From NCBI GenBank assembly GCA_041611735.1, contig JBFIML010000022.1, positions 1-64,000 on the forward strand: DNA of 64,000 nucleotides, in the 5' to 3' direction. The DNA is from Myxococcota bacterium. Its GTDB lineage: Bacteria; Myxococcota_A; UBA9160; PR03. Within the stretch, counting starts at the first letter, position 1. Every line of letters starts with the position of its first letter. Shown in pieces: positions 17,770 to 31,040 of this stretch. Under the pieces are notes generated by a model. It searched no databases, was not told the DNA's origin, and was given only the letters and a program-made list of their open reading frames with translations. The position numbers and the translations under genes were made by a program.

Positions 17770-17787
17770 TTCTCTCGGAGCCTCTCC

Positions 17788-18873
17788 TCAGCGAACCGCC
17801 GCGTCCCCTTCGGCCAGGACCAGGTGGAAGGACCGGGACCGGAGATCCAGGGCCTCGCTCTGCGCGCTCCAGCACACGAAGGGGTTGATCTCCGACTCGC
17901 GCCGCAGCCAGCGGCCGGACTCGAAGAGACGGGGCAGGGCCGGGTGGCTGCCGCGCCACTCGAGCAGGTGGGCGCCGTGGGTGCGTGCCCAGTCGAGGGA
18001 AGCGTCCGCCACCGCGCGGCGCGCCTCCGGGTCCTCGAAGTCCAGCATGAAGTCGATCACCTCGGCCACGCGCAGGTCGAGCCGCGCCTGCCGCGCCCGC
18101 ACCTGCATGGCCAGGAAGCCGTTGATCCCCGAGCGGCCCTCGGTCACCAGGACGCGCGGCTCGTGGACCGGGCAGCCTTCGTAGCGCCAGCGCAGGAAGG
18201 TCTCGTCGCGACGGGTCGTGATGTCCACCTGGCGCTCGGTCTCCTCCAGGAAGGCCAGCAGCTTCGGGTCCCCGAGGTCCGCGAGCCGCCAGCCCCGTCC
18301 CGAGCTCGGCGCGGGGGCCGGCGCCCTTCGCCCCGCGTTCCGGACCAGCGGCTGCAGCAGCCTGCGCAGGGGCGGGAGGCCCGCGGCGGTTCCCCGCAGC
18401 GCTCCCGCCGCCGACACGAAACGCTGGTGGCGCACGTTGCCGCCGGCCACGGTGAAGCCCCCGAACTTGCGCCAGAAGAACATGGAGTTCTCGTTGGCGC
18501 TGGCGCCGAGCACGAGCCCCTCCGGAAAGCACTCGAACTGGTGGCCCACGAGGCCGGCCCCCGCGCCCATGCCGCGCAGGCGCGGGTCCACGTACAGGTC
18601 GCCGCCGATGGTGCAGAGGATGGGCTGGCCCCGAAAGCGGGCCTGCCACCAGGTGAGCCAGATCTTGCCGCACAGGCCGTGCTCGTCGTGCTCGACCACC
18701 CAGCCCGTGGGCCGGCCCTGCCGGAAGGGATTGTCGAAGTAGGACCAGAGGTACACGTCGTGGGGTACGGGCCGGCGGAGGTTGATGAGGTGGGTGGCCT
18801 CGATCTCCTCCCGCTCGACGGGCCGCAGCCGCAGCCCCTTTCCGAGGGAGATCGGGTAGTCGAAGCTCTTCAC
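17788..18873 (-). CDS. GNAT-family N-acetyltransferase (tandem GNAT-like)
   Basis: YLWSYFDNP, DLYVDPRLRGMGAG (motif A), FLRWRY. Confidence 0.75.
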   Translation of the reverse strand: MKSFDYPISLGKGLRLRPVEREEIEATHLINLRRPVPHDVYLWSYFDNPFRQGRPTGWVVEHDEHGLCGKIWLTWWQARFRGQPILCTIGGDLYVDPRLRGMGAGAGLVGHQFECFPEGLVLGASANENSMFFWRKFGGFTVAGGNVRHQRFVSAAGALRGTAAGLPPLRRLLQPLVRNAGRRAPAPAPSSGRGWRLADLGDPKLLAFLEETERQVDITTRRDETFLRWRYEGCPVHEPRVLVTEGRSGINGFLAMQVRARQARLDLRVAEVIDFMLDFEDPEARRAVADASLDWARTHGAHLLEWRGSHPALPRLFESGRWLRRESEINPFVCWSAQSEALDLRSRSFHLVLAEGDAAVR

Positions 18874-19018
18874 GGCGCCTCGCTCGACGGGCCGACCAGT
18901 ATATCCGAGCCCCCGGGGAGCGAGTTTCGCGGCTTCCGGGCCCTTCGGGCCTTGATCGGATCCCGGCATCGGGGGAAAATGCCCCCCCCGATTCCATCGG
19001 CCCCACAGGAGGAAGCCC

Positions 19019-21928
19019 GTGCCCCCGTCCCCCCTTTCGAAGCGCTCCCTGAGCTCCTCCGCTGCCCTCCTCGCTGCCCTGGCGGCGGCAGTTCTGCTGG
19101 CGGCGCCCGCTTCCACCGGCCCCGGCGGCGGAGCGCTCGTGCTGCCCGGACTGGGCGCCCCGGTGCAGGTCGTGACCGACCGCGACGGCGTGCGCCACCT
19201 CGTGGCGGAGGACGACTTCGACCTGGTGCGCGCCTCGGGCTTCGTGCACGCCCGCGACCGCTTCTTCCAGATGGATCTGACGCGCCGCCAGGTGAGCGGA
19301 GACCTGGCCGAGCTGTTCGGCTCGAGCCGGCTCCCGGGCGACATCCAGGCGCGCACCATCGGCCTGCGGCGCGCGGCCCAGCGCTCGCTCAGCGTGCTCA
19401 CGCCCCGGGAGCTCGCCCTGCTCCAGGCCTACGCCGAGGGGGTGAACGCCTTCCTGGATTCCCATCCGCTGCCGCCCGAGTACGCCGCCCTGGAGCTCAG
19501 CCAGGCCCGCCGCTGGGACGTGGTGGACAGCCTCTCGATCGGCAAGGCCATCGCGGCGAGCCTGTCCCTGGACATCGATGTCGGGCCCACCAGCCAGCTC
19601 CAGCGGTTCGTGGCGGCGGGCATCGCCCAGGGCTTCGACGGGGCGGCGCTCTTCTTCGACGACGTGCGCCGTTCGGCACCCATGGACCCGGCCTCCACGG
19701 TGCCCGACGCCACCTCGGGCTTCCCCTTCGTGACGGCCCGGGTGCCGAAGGTCGACCCCACCTTCCTGGCGCAGGCGGCCGCCGGCGCCGAGCGCCTGCG
19801 CGCAAAGCTCGCGGGCGTCCCGCTCTTCGCCCATGCACTCGACCGCCGCGACACCTGGGTGGGCAGCAACGAGTGGGCCGTGGACGCCCGGCACGCCGCC
19901 GGCCGGGGCCCCATCGTCGCCAACGACCCGCACCTGGCCCTGGACATCCCGTCCACCTTCTACGAGTGGCATCTGGTGGTGAAGAACGACCCCGAGGCCG
20001 GACCCTTGGACGTGAGTGGCGTCGGCTTCCCCGGCGCGCCCGGCGTGATCCTCGGCCAGAACGAGCGCATCACCTGGGGAGCCACCACCAACCCCATGGA
20101 CGTGAGCGACGTGTTCCTGGACGAGCTGCACGTGTTCCAGCCGGCCTGTGCCGCGATCAACGCCCTGGCCTGCATCCGCAGCGGAGGGGAGTTCCACCGC
20201 GTGGACGTGGACTTCGCGTCCTATAGCGTGAACCGCCCCGACGACACGATCCTGGACAACCTGTTCACGGCGAGCCTGCCCCTCGAGCAGCGCCTGATCG
20301 CCACGGTGCCCTTCCGCAGCTTCGGCCCGGTCGTGGACATCACGAACCCGGGCGTGGTCGGCCCCGGCGGCGGAGTGACCACGGCCCTGGTGCTCCAGTT
20401 CACCGGCTTCCACGCCACCCGCGAGCTCGGCACCTTCAACCGGTGGAACCGGGCCCGCAACCTGGCCGATTTCCTGGATGGTCTCGCCGACTTCGACTTC
20501 GGCTCCCAGAACTGGGCCTACGCCGACGCCGAGGGCAACCTGGCCTACTTCTCCAGCGCCGAGCTGCCGCTGCGCAAGGATCTCGAGGCCGGCACGGTGA
20601 GCGGAATGCCGCCGGGCTTCGTGCGCGACGGCATCTCCGGCGCCAACAACTGGGTGCCCGACCTGGCGCACTCCCAGGGCCAGGCGATCCCCTACGCGAT
20701 CCTGCCCTTCGCGGAGATGCCCCAGACCGTGAACCCAGCCAACGGTTTCTTCGTGAACGCCAACAACGACCCGGCGGGCACCACCCTCGACAACAACCCC
20801 CTCAACCAGATGCGTCCCTCCAAGCCCTCGGCCATCTACTACCTGAACCCCGACTACGACGAGGGCCTGCGCGCCGGTCGCATCACGCGGCTGCTGCGCG
20901 ACCACATCGCGGCCGGCAAGAAGGTCTCCGTCCAGGACATGAAGCGCTTCCAGGCCAACACCCAGCAGCTGGACGCGGAGCTCTTCACGCCCTTCCTGCA
21001 GCAGGCCTGGGACCGGGCCCGCCGGCCGGGAGCGCCGGGGGAGCTGACGGCCCTGGCCGGGGATGCGCGCCTCGCCGAGGCGCTGGGACGCCTGGCCCAG
21101 TGGGACTTCTCCACCCCGACCGGCATTCCCGAGGGCTACGACGCCCACGATACCTTCGGCAAGCGTACGCCCTCGGTGCCGAAGCCGGAGGCTCGGGCCA
21201 GCGTGGCCGCCACCCTCTACAACGTGTGGCGGGGCCAGGCGATCCGGCGCGTGATCGATGCCCGGCTGGCGGCCCTGGGCCTCTCCACGGGCTCCACGGA
21301 CGCCATGAAGGGGCTCTTCCACCTGCTCTCCACCACGCCCTTCACGGGGGTGGGCGCCTCGGGGGTGGACTTCTTCCCGGAGCCGTCGGGGCTCTCCGCC
21401 GAGGACCGCCGCGACGTGGCGCTGCTGTCCGCCCTGCGCGCAGCCCTGGACCGGCTGGCCTCGGATGCCTTTGCGCCGGCCTACGCGAACTCCACCAACC
21501 AGGACGACTACCGCTGGGGCAAGCTGCACCGCATCACCTTCGACCACCCCTTCCTCGGCACGGCCTCGATCCCGCCGGCGGCGGGCTTCGCGGACGTGGG
21601 CCCCGGGCTCCCGGGCGTGGCGCGCGACGGGGGTCTCGAGGTGGTGAACGCCTCCGGCTTCTCGCCGCGGGCCCAGAGCGTGAACGAATTCCGCTTCGGG
21701 GGCGGGCCGGTGCGGCGCTACGTGGGCCAGCCGCGGGGCAACGGGCCGGGGCCGCGCATCAAGGGCTTCAACGTGATGCCGGGCGGACCCTCGGGCATCC
21801 CCGGCGACCCGCGCTACGCCACCCAGCTCGGCTCCTGGCTGACGGCCGACTACCACGCGGTGGTCCTGGGGACGTCGTTCCCGTCCGGCCCCGCCACCCA
21901 GTCGGAGACCCTCGTCCCGGCGCCCTGA
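19019..21928 (+). CDS. Penicillin acylase family (Ntn hydrolase), secreted
   Basis: Signal peptide; GFVHARDRFFQMD; beta-subunit start GSNEWAV; ANDPHL; YAD..GN; NANN. Confidence 0.92.
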   Translation: MPPSPLSKRSLSSSAALLAALAAAVLLAAPASTGPGGGALVLPGLGAPVQVVTDRDGVRHLVAEDDFDLVRASGFVHARDRFFQMDLTRRQVSGDLAELFGSSRLPGDIQARTIGLRRAAQRSLSVLTPRELALLQAYAEGVNAFLDSHPLPPEYAALELSQARRWDVVDSLSIGKAIAASLSLDIDVGPTSQLQRFVAAGIAQGFDGAALFFDDVRRSAPMDPASTVPDATSGFPFVTARVPKVDPTFLAQAAAGAERLRAKLAGVPLFAHALDRRDTWVGSNEWAVDARHAAGRGPIVANDPHLALDIPSTFYEWHLVVKNDPEAGPLDVSGVGFPGAPGVILGQNERITWGATTNPMDVSDVFLDELHVFQPACAAINALACIRSGGEFHRVDVDFASYSVNRPDDTILDNLFTASLPLEQRLIATVPFRSFGPVVDITNPGVVGPGGGVTTALVLQFTGFHATRELGTFNRWNRARNLADFLDGLADFDFGSQNWAYADAEGNLAYFSSAELPLRKDLEAGTVSGMPPGFVRDGISGANNWVPDLAHSQGQAIPYAILPFAEMPQTVNPANGFFVNANNDPAGTTLDNNPLNQMRPSKPSAIYYLNPDYDEGLRAGRITRLLRDHIAAGKKVSVQDMKRFQANTQQLDAELFTPFLQQAWDRARRPGAPGELTALAGDARLAEALGRLAQWDFSTPTGIPEGYDAHDTFGKRTPSVPKPEARASVAATLYNVWRGQAIRRVIDARLAALGLSTGSTDAMKGLFHLLSTTPFTGVGASGVDFFPEPSGLSAEDRRDVALLSALRAALDRLASDAFAPAYANSTNQDDYRWGKLHRITFDHPFLGTASIPPAAGFADVGPGLPGVARDGGLEVVNASGFSPRAQSVNEFRFGGGPVRRYVGQPRGNGPGPRIKGFNVMPGGPSGIPGDPRYATQLGSWLTADYHAVVLGTSFPSGPATQSETLVPAP

Positions 21929-21953
21929 GCGCAGCAGCGCCGGCCAACGCGGA

Positions 21954-22607
21954 TCAGGCGGCGAAGCCCTTCACGTACTCGGCCAGGGCCGCGTCGAGCT
22001 CCTGCTGGACCCGCGCCACCGCCGCATGCCCCTGGACCGTCTTCCACCAGGCGGCGAGCTTGCGGCGGCCCAGGGTCGGATCCTTGTCGCCCAGCATCGG
22101 GAGCGCCCGCGTGCCGAAGTGCGCGAAGGGGACCAGCGCGCAGTCGGCCAGGGAGAGCGAAGCCCCCACCGCGTACGGGCCGCTTCCCAGCAGCTGCTCC
22201 AGCAGGTCGAGCTGCTTGTGGGTCTCCTCGAGACCCTTCGCCACCAAAGCGGGGTCCCGAGTCTTCGGGTTGGCCTGCCCGAAGAGCGACGTCAGGGCCG
22301 GTGCCAGGTAGAGGTCCACGAAGCGCGCCAGGACGCGCATGCGGGCCCGCTCCAGGGGGTCGGCAGGCCGTAGCGCCGGCTCCGGGAAGCGGTCCTCCAG
22401 GTACTCGCAGATCGCCTGGGACTCCGGCAGCACGCTTCCGTCGTCGAGCTGGAGGGCCGGGACCTTGCCGGTGGGATTCACGGCCTTGTAGGCCGGGCTG
22501 CCGAGCTCGGCCGGAGGCTCCACCAGGGGGAGGTCGAGCCCCTTGGCGTAGATCTGGAGGCGGCAGCGAGCCGCGTAGGGCGAGAGGGTCAGGTTGAAGA
22601 GCTTCAC
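21954..22607 (-). CDS. Glutathione S-transferase
   Basis: SPY, NPTGKVPAL, ESQAICEYL and SLADC motifs. Confidence 0.92.
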   Translation of the reverse strand: MKLFNLTLSPYAARCRLQIYAKGLDLPLVEPPAELGSPAYKAVNPTGKVPALQLDDGSVLPESQAICEYLEDRFPEPALRPADPLERARMRVLARFVDLYLAPALTSLFGQANPKTRDPALVAKGLEETHKQLDLLEQLLGSGPYAVGASLSLADCALVPFAHFGTRALPMLGDKDPTLGRRKLAAWWKTVQGHAAVARVQQELDAALAEYVKGFAA

Positions 22608-22774
22608 GGGGATCTCCTCGGGCGCGCAGGGACCGTCAGGATACTCGATTCCCGATCCCCACCGGTCCCTTCCCGGGTGGCGTCGCGGGCGGTCTGCCGG
22701 GCGGGTCCCTCAGGCCCCAGCCCCGGTGGGCCGAAACCACGGGGGCCCGGTCGCGGTGCCGGGGAGAGGAGCGC

Positions 22775-23446
22775 ATGCGCGGACTTCGGCACGCCTGGCT
22801 GGGGCTCGGCCTCGGCGTGATGGGGCTCGGGCTGCTCGCGGCCGCCCCGGCCCGGGCCCTGGTCATCCCCCTGGACGTCGAGTTCGACACGGGCGCCACG
22901 GGCCGCTTCGGCACGGTCGTGGTCACCCGCAACGGCGACGACCTCGACTTCGCGATCACCGTGGGGCCCGGACTGGATGCACTCGGCGGCGGCAGGCCGG
23001 ATCTGCACCGCTTCTACTTCAACCTGGCGGGCAGCTTCGCGGACCTCCGCATCGTCGCCCACGACGCCCCCCGGACCGCCTACCGCGTCTCACCGGCCCG
23101 GGGCGTCTCCGGAGGCGCCGGGGCCCGCTTCGACTTCGTGGTCAGCTTCGGAAACGGCGGCGGCCCGAAGGGCAACGGAACCCTCTCCTCGGCGCGCTTC
23201 ACGCTCTCCGCGGCCCAGCCGCTCCGCCTGGCCGACCTCTCGAAGCGCTCCTTCCCCAACGCCGTGGATGCGGCCGTGAACCCGATCCACTTCGCCCTGC
23301 ACGTGCAGGGCACGGCGGCCTTCCGGGGCTCGAGCTCGGAGACGGTGGGCGGGGGAGGGGCGGGCGGCGTCGTCCCGGAGCCCGGCACCGGACTCCTCCT
23401 CGTCGCCGGTCTCGCCGCCCTCGCCCTGGGCACCCGCCGTCGGTAG
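22775..23446 (+). CDS. PEP-CTERM sorting-domain protein
   Basis: N-terminal signal peptide; C-terminal VPEPGTGLLLVAGLAALALGTRRR. Confidence 0.9.
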   Translation: MRGLRHAWLGLGLGVMGLGLLAAAPARALVIPLDVEFDTGATGRFGTVVVTRNGDDLDFAITVGPGLDALGGGRPDLHRFYFNLAGSFADLRIVAHDAPRTAYRVSPARGVSGGAGARFDFVVSFGNGGGPKGNGTLSSARFTLSAAQPLRLADLSKRSFPNAVDAAVNPIHFALHVQGTAAFRGSSSETVGGGGAGGVVPEPGTGLLLVAGLAALALGTRRR

Positions 23447-23453
23447 ACCACGC

Positions 23454-23912
23454 CTACCGGTCTGCGCGCGGGACGAGCCGCAGGATGTTCGCGCCCGGCG
23501 CGCCGCGCGGGTGGACCAACCAGTCCTGCCAGCCGTACTTCTCCCGGAAGGCCCGGTTCACCCGCTCTCGCAGCGCGTCGTCCACCACGAGGCCCGCGCG
23601 CATGGGATGCGCGGCGCCTCCGATGCGCAGCACCACCAGCGGATCGCGCTCGATGTTTCGGAACCAGCGCGTGTTGCCGGTGCGCAGGTAGCCCTGGCCG
23701 CCCACCACCGCGATCCACAGCTTGGTGACGCGCTCGTCTCCGTCCGCGTCCCGGGTCACGAGCTGCGGCACGCGCTCGTCGGCCACGGCGACCCAGCGGA
23801 TCGGGGCCGTGGCCTCCGGGACCGGGGTGGTCGCGCAGGCAAGCAGGCTCGCGACGGACAACCAGACGGCGGCTCGAACCATGAGGCTCTCCTTCCCGGT
23901 CGGCGGCGTCAC
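23454..23912 (-). CDS. DUF2255/deazaflavin nitroreductase-like split-barrel lipoprotein
   Basis: Lipobox LLAC; TKLWIA, WFRNI, AFREKYG. Start is GTG 23912 (coupled) or ATG 23882. Confidence 0.65.
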   Translation of the reverse strand: MTPPTGKESLMVRAAVWLSVASLLACATTPVPEATAPIRWVAVADERVPQLVTRDADGDERVTKLWIAVVGGQGYLRTGNTRWFRNIERDPLVVLRIGGAAHPMRAGLVVDDALRERVNRAFREKYGWQDWLVHPRGAPGANILRLVPRADR

Positions 23913-24766
23913 AAGCTAGCCGAGACGGCGCGCAGAATCGCCAGGGGGCCCCGCTCGTGCACGCGCCGGAGGCCGGTGTCGTCACGAACCAGCAGCGCCC
24001 CGGCGAAGCCGAGGGCGTTCACCTCGATCCCGCCCGTGGCCGCCCGGGTGCGCGGCACCAGCCACATCCACTCCCGGGTCACCAGCAGGTTGTAGGGACG
24101 CGGGTCGCCCGGGTCGATGCCGGTGCGGCGCAGCAGCGCGAGATAGACCCCGCGCGTGGCCTCGGCCGCGGCGAGCGGCGCCAGCTCGGCGCAGCCCCCG
24201 AGGTGGGCCACGGCGTGCACGAAGGGCAGGACGGGCAGGGTCCCGAGCCATCCTTCGAGGCGCGCGGCGGCGAGCGCCGGCGCCAACGGCAGCCGGTCCG
24301 GACCGAGCGGAAGCGGGACCAGCTGCAGGTGCTTGTGGGTCTGGCTCGCGCCCGCCACGGGTCCGGCGTTGTAGAAGCCGAGGCCATCCACCTCGCGCAG
24401 GACGATCCAGAGCGCTTCCAGGTCGGACAGCGTGAGGAGGCTCTCCTGGTCCTCGGGCGCGCGGGTCACCAGCAGCAGGTGGTGCTCCAGAGCCGGGTAC
24501 TTGTTGAGCAGGGCCAAGTGGCTCGGGGAGAGCTCCCCCACCCGGAGCGCCGGATCTTCGGGCCGGAAGGGATCGGGTCCGGCGCTCCGCGGGCCGCGCG
24601 CCATCCGCTTGCGCCGCGCTGCGTCCTCCACCACCCGCACCAGGAACGGGATCCCGGCTTCCACCACCCGCTCGCTGCGGGTCGGGATCGGCGCGAGCGC
24701 TCCCGTGGCCAGCGCCTGGGCGGTGCGCTCGAGCCAGATCGTCCACAGGCTCCCGGGGGCGATCAC
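23909..24766 (-). CDS. ATP adenylyltransferase / Ap4A phosphorylase (Apa2-like)
   Basis: DPF, LLNKY, FYNAGPVAGASQTHKHLQ (HxHxQ), NALGFAG. GTGA overlap with the xth stop. Confidence 0.88.
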   Translation of the reverse strand: MIAPGSLWTIWLERTAQALATGALAPIPTRSERVVEAGIPFLVRVVEDAARRKRMARGPRSAGPDPFRPEDPALRVGELSPSHLALLNKYPALEHHLLLVTRAPEDQESLLTLSDLEALWIVLREVDGLGFYNAGPVAGASQTHKHLQLVPLPLGPDRLPLAPALAAARLEGWLGTLPVLPFVHAVAHLGGCAELAPLAAAEATRGVYLALLRRTGIDPGDPRPYNLLVTREWMWLVPRTRAATGGIEVNALGFAGALLVRDDTGLRRVHERGPLAILRAVSASL

Positions 24767-25548
24767 ACGTGCCCTGAGGTCAGGTCCGCCAGGACGGGAG
24801 CGTGGTCCGAAGGGGTGAGCCCGTCCTTCTTCTTGCGCCACTCCCGGTCGATCTCCAGCGTGCGCACGCGCGCGAGCAGGGGGGCGGTGGCCAGCAGGAA
24901 ATCGATGCGAAGGCCCTGGCTACGATGGAAGGCGCCGCCCCGGTAGTCCCACCAGGTGAAGGCCTGCACGTCGGGGAAGCGCTCGCGGAACAGGTCGCGC
25001 AGTCCCCAGCCGAGCAGCCGGGCAAAGGCGGCGCGCTCCGCGTCCGTGTGGAAGATCGTGCCGCGCAGCCCGGTTTCGTTCCAGCTGTCCAGGGGTCCCG
25101 GGCAGACGTTCAGGTCGCCGGCCCAGATCAGGGGGCGCGCCGGGTCGTGGTGGGCCTCCAGGTGCGCTGCCAGGGCGTCGAGCCAGGCCACCTTGCGGGC
25201 GAAGTCCGCGTGGCCCACGTGTTTTCCGTTCGGGCAGTAGAGGCTGGCCATTCCCACGTCCCCGCTGCGCGCCGCCACGAAGCGCGCCCCCAGGTCCTCC
25301 TGCCCCGGGAGACCCACCTGCACCGCCTCCAGCGGAGCGCGGCCGAGCACCGCGACTCCGTTCCAGCTCTTCTGGCCGTGCACCACCGACCGGTAGCCGA
25401 GCGCTGCGAGCTCCTCGTGCGGGAACCCGGCGTCTGCCACCTTGAGCTCCTGGAGCGCCACCAGGTCGGGCTCGCGCTCGCGGAGCCAGCGCAGCACGAA
25501 CTCGAGTCGCGCCCGGATGCCGTTCACGTTCCAGGTCGCCACGCGCAC
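24763..25548 (-). CDS. xth: Exodeoxyribonuclease III
   Basis: RVATWNVNG, LQELK, YCPNG, GDLN, FTWWDYR, GLRID and PSDHAP motifs. Confidence 0.95.
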   Translation of the reverse strand: MRVATWNVNGIRARLEFVLRWLREREPDLVALQELKVADAGFPHEELAALGYRSVVHGQKSWNGVAVLGRAPLEAVQVGLPGQEDLGARFVAARSGDVGMASLYCPNGKHVGHADFARKVAWLDALAAHLEAHHDPARPLIWAGDLNVCPGPLDSWNETGLRGTIFHTDAERAAFARLLGWGLRDLFRERFPDVQAFTWWDYRGGAFHRSQGLRIDFLLATAPLLARVRTLEIDREWRKKKDGLTPSDHAPVLADLTSGHV

Positions 25549-25556
25549 GGCCCCCA

Positions 25557-25565
25557 TGCTATAGA
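25557..25565. promoter_or_regulatory. Shared palindromic -10 region (CTATAG) for divergent xth and LLM genes
   Basis: TG-c-TATAGA lies 8 nt before ATG 25574; on the minus strand TATAGC lies 9 nt before GTG 25548. Confidence 0.45.
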
Positions 25566-25573
25566 AGCCGGCC

Positions 25574-26440
25574 ATGCGCTTCTCCTATGCCGAGTCCATG
25601 TGCGATCCCGGGCACTACGTGCCCCTCGCCATGGCGGCGGAGCGCGCCGGCTGGCACGGCTTCGTGGTCCCGGACAGCGTCTGCTACCCGGAGGTCTCCG
25701 ACAGCCGCTATCCCTATACGCCCGACGGGAGCCGCAGCTTCCTGGAGGACAAGCCCTTCTTGGAGCCCTTCTCGCTGATCCCGGCCCTCGGCGCGGTCAC
25801 CGAGCGGCTGCGCTTCGCCACCTTCGTGTTCAAGCTCCCGATCCGTCACCCGCTGCTGGTGGCCAAGTCGGCGGCCTCGGTAGCGGTCCTGACCGGCGAC
25901 CGTCTCGCCCTCGGGGTGGGCCTGAGCCCCTGGCCGGACGACTACCAGGTGTGCGGCCAGCCCTGGCAGGGGCGCGGGCGGCGCATGGACGAGGCGATCG
26001 AGATCGTGCGCGGCCTGTGCCGGGGCGGCTACTTCGCCTTCCACGGCCGCTGCTTCGAGCTTCCCTCCGTGAAGATCTGCCCGGTGCCCCGCCGTCCGAT
26101 CCCGATCCTGATCGGCGGCCACAGCGAGGCCGCCCTGCGCCGCGCGGCGCGTCTGGGCGATGGCTGGATGCACGCCGGCGGAGACGCCGCGGACCTCGAC
26201 CGCCTGCTGCGCCGCCTCACGGCGCTGCGCCGCCAGGCGGGCCGCGAGCGCGAGCCCTTCGAGGTGCACGTGATCGCCCTGGACGCCTACACGCGCGACG
26301 GGGTGCGGCGCCTGGAGGAGCGCGGCGTCACCGACGTGATCGTCGGCTTCCGCAACGCCTACGAGCTCGACAACCAGACCCTCGACCAGAAGGTCGCGGC
26401 GCTCGAGCGCTACGCGAACGACGTGATCGCCAACCTCTGA
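25574..26440 (+). CDS. LLM-class, probably F420-dependent oxidoreductase
   Basis: AERAGW, YPYTPDG, VTERLRFAT, IPILIGG and RRAARLGDGW motifs. Confidence 0.88.
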   Translation: MRFSYAESMCDPGHYVPLAMAAERAGWHGFVVPDSVCYPEVSDSRYPYTPDGSRSFLEDKPFLEPFSLIPALGAVTERLRFATFVFKLPIRHPLLVAKSAASVAVLTGDRLALGVGLSPWPDDYQVCGQPWQGRGRRMDEAIEIVRGLCRGGYFAFHGRCFELPSVKICPVPRRPIPILIGGHSEAALRRAARLGDGWMHAGGDAADLDRLLRRLTALRRQAGREREPFEVHVIALDAYTRDGVRRLEERGVTDVIVGFRNAYELDNQTLDQKVAALERYANDVIANL

Positions 26441-26442
26441 AC

Positions 26443-27384
26443 TCAGGCGCCCAAGGCGTCGTAGCGCACGCCGGTGAGGCGCTCGGAGACCTCCCACAGC
26501 CGCGCTGCGACCTCCGGGTCCCGGGCCCGGGCGCTGGGCTGAACCTTCTTCGGGTGGCCACGCATCTCGCCCAGACCGTCGGGGCCCAGGTAGTCGCCGC
26601 CGCGCACGTCCGGCGCCGCGGCCGCGTACAGGGTGGGGAGCGCCCCCATGGCCGCACTCTGGGCGAAGAGCCGGTTGCCGAGGTTCGAGAAGGCTTCCAG
26701 CAGCGACGAACCCTGCATGCGCGGTCCGGCGGTCTGGAGGTTGGTGGCGGCGTAGCCCGGATGGGCCGCCACGCTGCTGGCGTCGGCGCCCCGTGCGGCC
26801 ACGCGCCGTTGGAGCTCGAGGGCGAACAGCAGGTTCGCGAGCTTGCTCTGGGCGTAGGCGCCCCACTTGGCGTAGCGCTGCTTGCCCTGCAGGTCGTCGA
26901 AGTGGATGCGGCCGAGCTTGTGGAAGTTGCTGCTCACCGTCACGACGCGCGCTCCGGGGCTGCCGAGCAGCCGGCCGAGGAGCAGGCCGGTCAGCGCGAA
27001 GTGTCCCAGGTGGTTGGTGCCGAACTGCATCTCGAAGCCGTCGGCAGTCTCGCGACGGGGCAGGGCCATCACGCCTGCGTTGTTGACCAGCACGTCGAGC
27101 CGCGGGTGGGCGTCCTCGAAGCGTTTGGCGAAGCCGCGCACCGAGTCGAGGCTGGCGAGGTCGAGCTCCATGGCCTCGCAGCGCCCCGTCCGGGACCCGG
27201 CGCGGATCGCGGTCAGGGCCTGCTCGGCCTTGCCGAGGTTGCGGCAGGCCAGCACCACGTGAGCGCCCTTGCGGGCCAGGGCCTGGCCGGTCTCGAACCC
27301 GAGGCCCGAGTTGCCGCCGGTCACCAGCACCGTGCGGCCCGAAAGGTCCGGCAGATCGTCGGCGGTCCAGCTGCGCTTCGCCAT
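26443..27384 (-). CDS. SDR oxidoreductase (retinol dehydrogenase-like)
   Basis: TGGNSGLG, NNAGVM, GTNHLGHF, YAQSK and AHPG motifs. Confidence 0.93.
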   Translation of the reverse strand: MAKRSWTADDLPDLSGRTVLVTGGNSGLGFETGQALARKGAHVVLACRNLGKAEQALTAIRAGSRTGRCEAMELDLASLDSVRGFAKRFEDAHPRLDVLVNNAGVMALPRRETADGFEMQFGTNHLGHFALTGLLLGRLLGSPGARVVTVSSNFHKLGRIHFDDLQGKQRYAKWGAYAQSKLANLLFALELQRRVAARGADASSVAAHPGYAATNLQTAGPRMQGSSLLEAFSNLGNRLFAQSAAMGALPTLYAAAAPDVRGGDYLGPDGLGEMRGHPKKVQPSARARDPEVAARLWEVSERLTGVRYDALGA

Positions 27385-27496
27385 GGAGGATCCTCCCGGA
27401 ACGAGTATACGCCGCCCCGTCCTCACCCCATGCTAGGCTCCGAGGTGATCCCGCACGGCCGCGTCGGCGGATTCTCGGGCCTCAGGAGACGCGTGC

Positions 27497-30984
<3,488 letters not shown>

Positions 30985-30992
30985 AGCCCGCC

Positions 30993-31040
30993 GGAGCGGC
31001 CGGCCCAAGCGCCGCGTCCAGTCTTGGGCCAGGCTCCTAG
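30993..31040 (-). repeat. Dispersed 23-nt repeat, copy 2, embedded in a hairpin
   Basis: Reverse complement of 31018-31040 is CTAGGAGCCTGGCCCAAGACTGG. Arms GGCCCAAG/CTTGGGCC with outer GGAGC/GCTCC. Confidence 0.7.

Noticed and set aside
16765-21856. Very long alternative ORFs (16765-20226 +, 17681-21856 -; likewise 24802-28632, 28666-31731, 49422-53777, 58208-61126)
   Set aside because: Shadow or antisense frames of real genes. They are Arg/Gly/Pro/Ala-rich with no motifs, as expected in very high-GC DNA.
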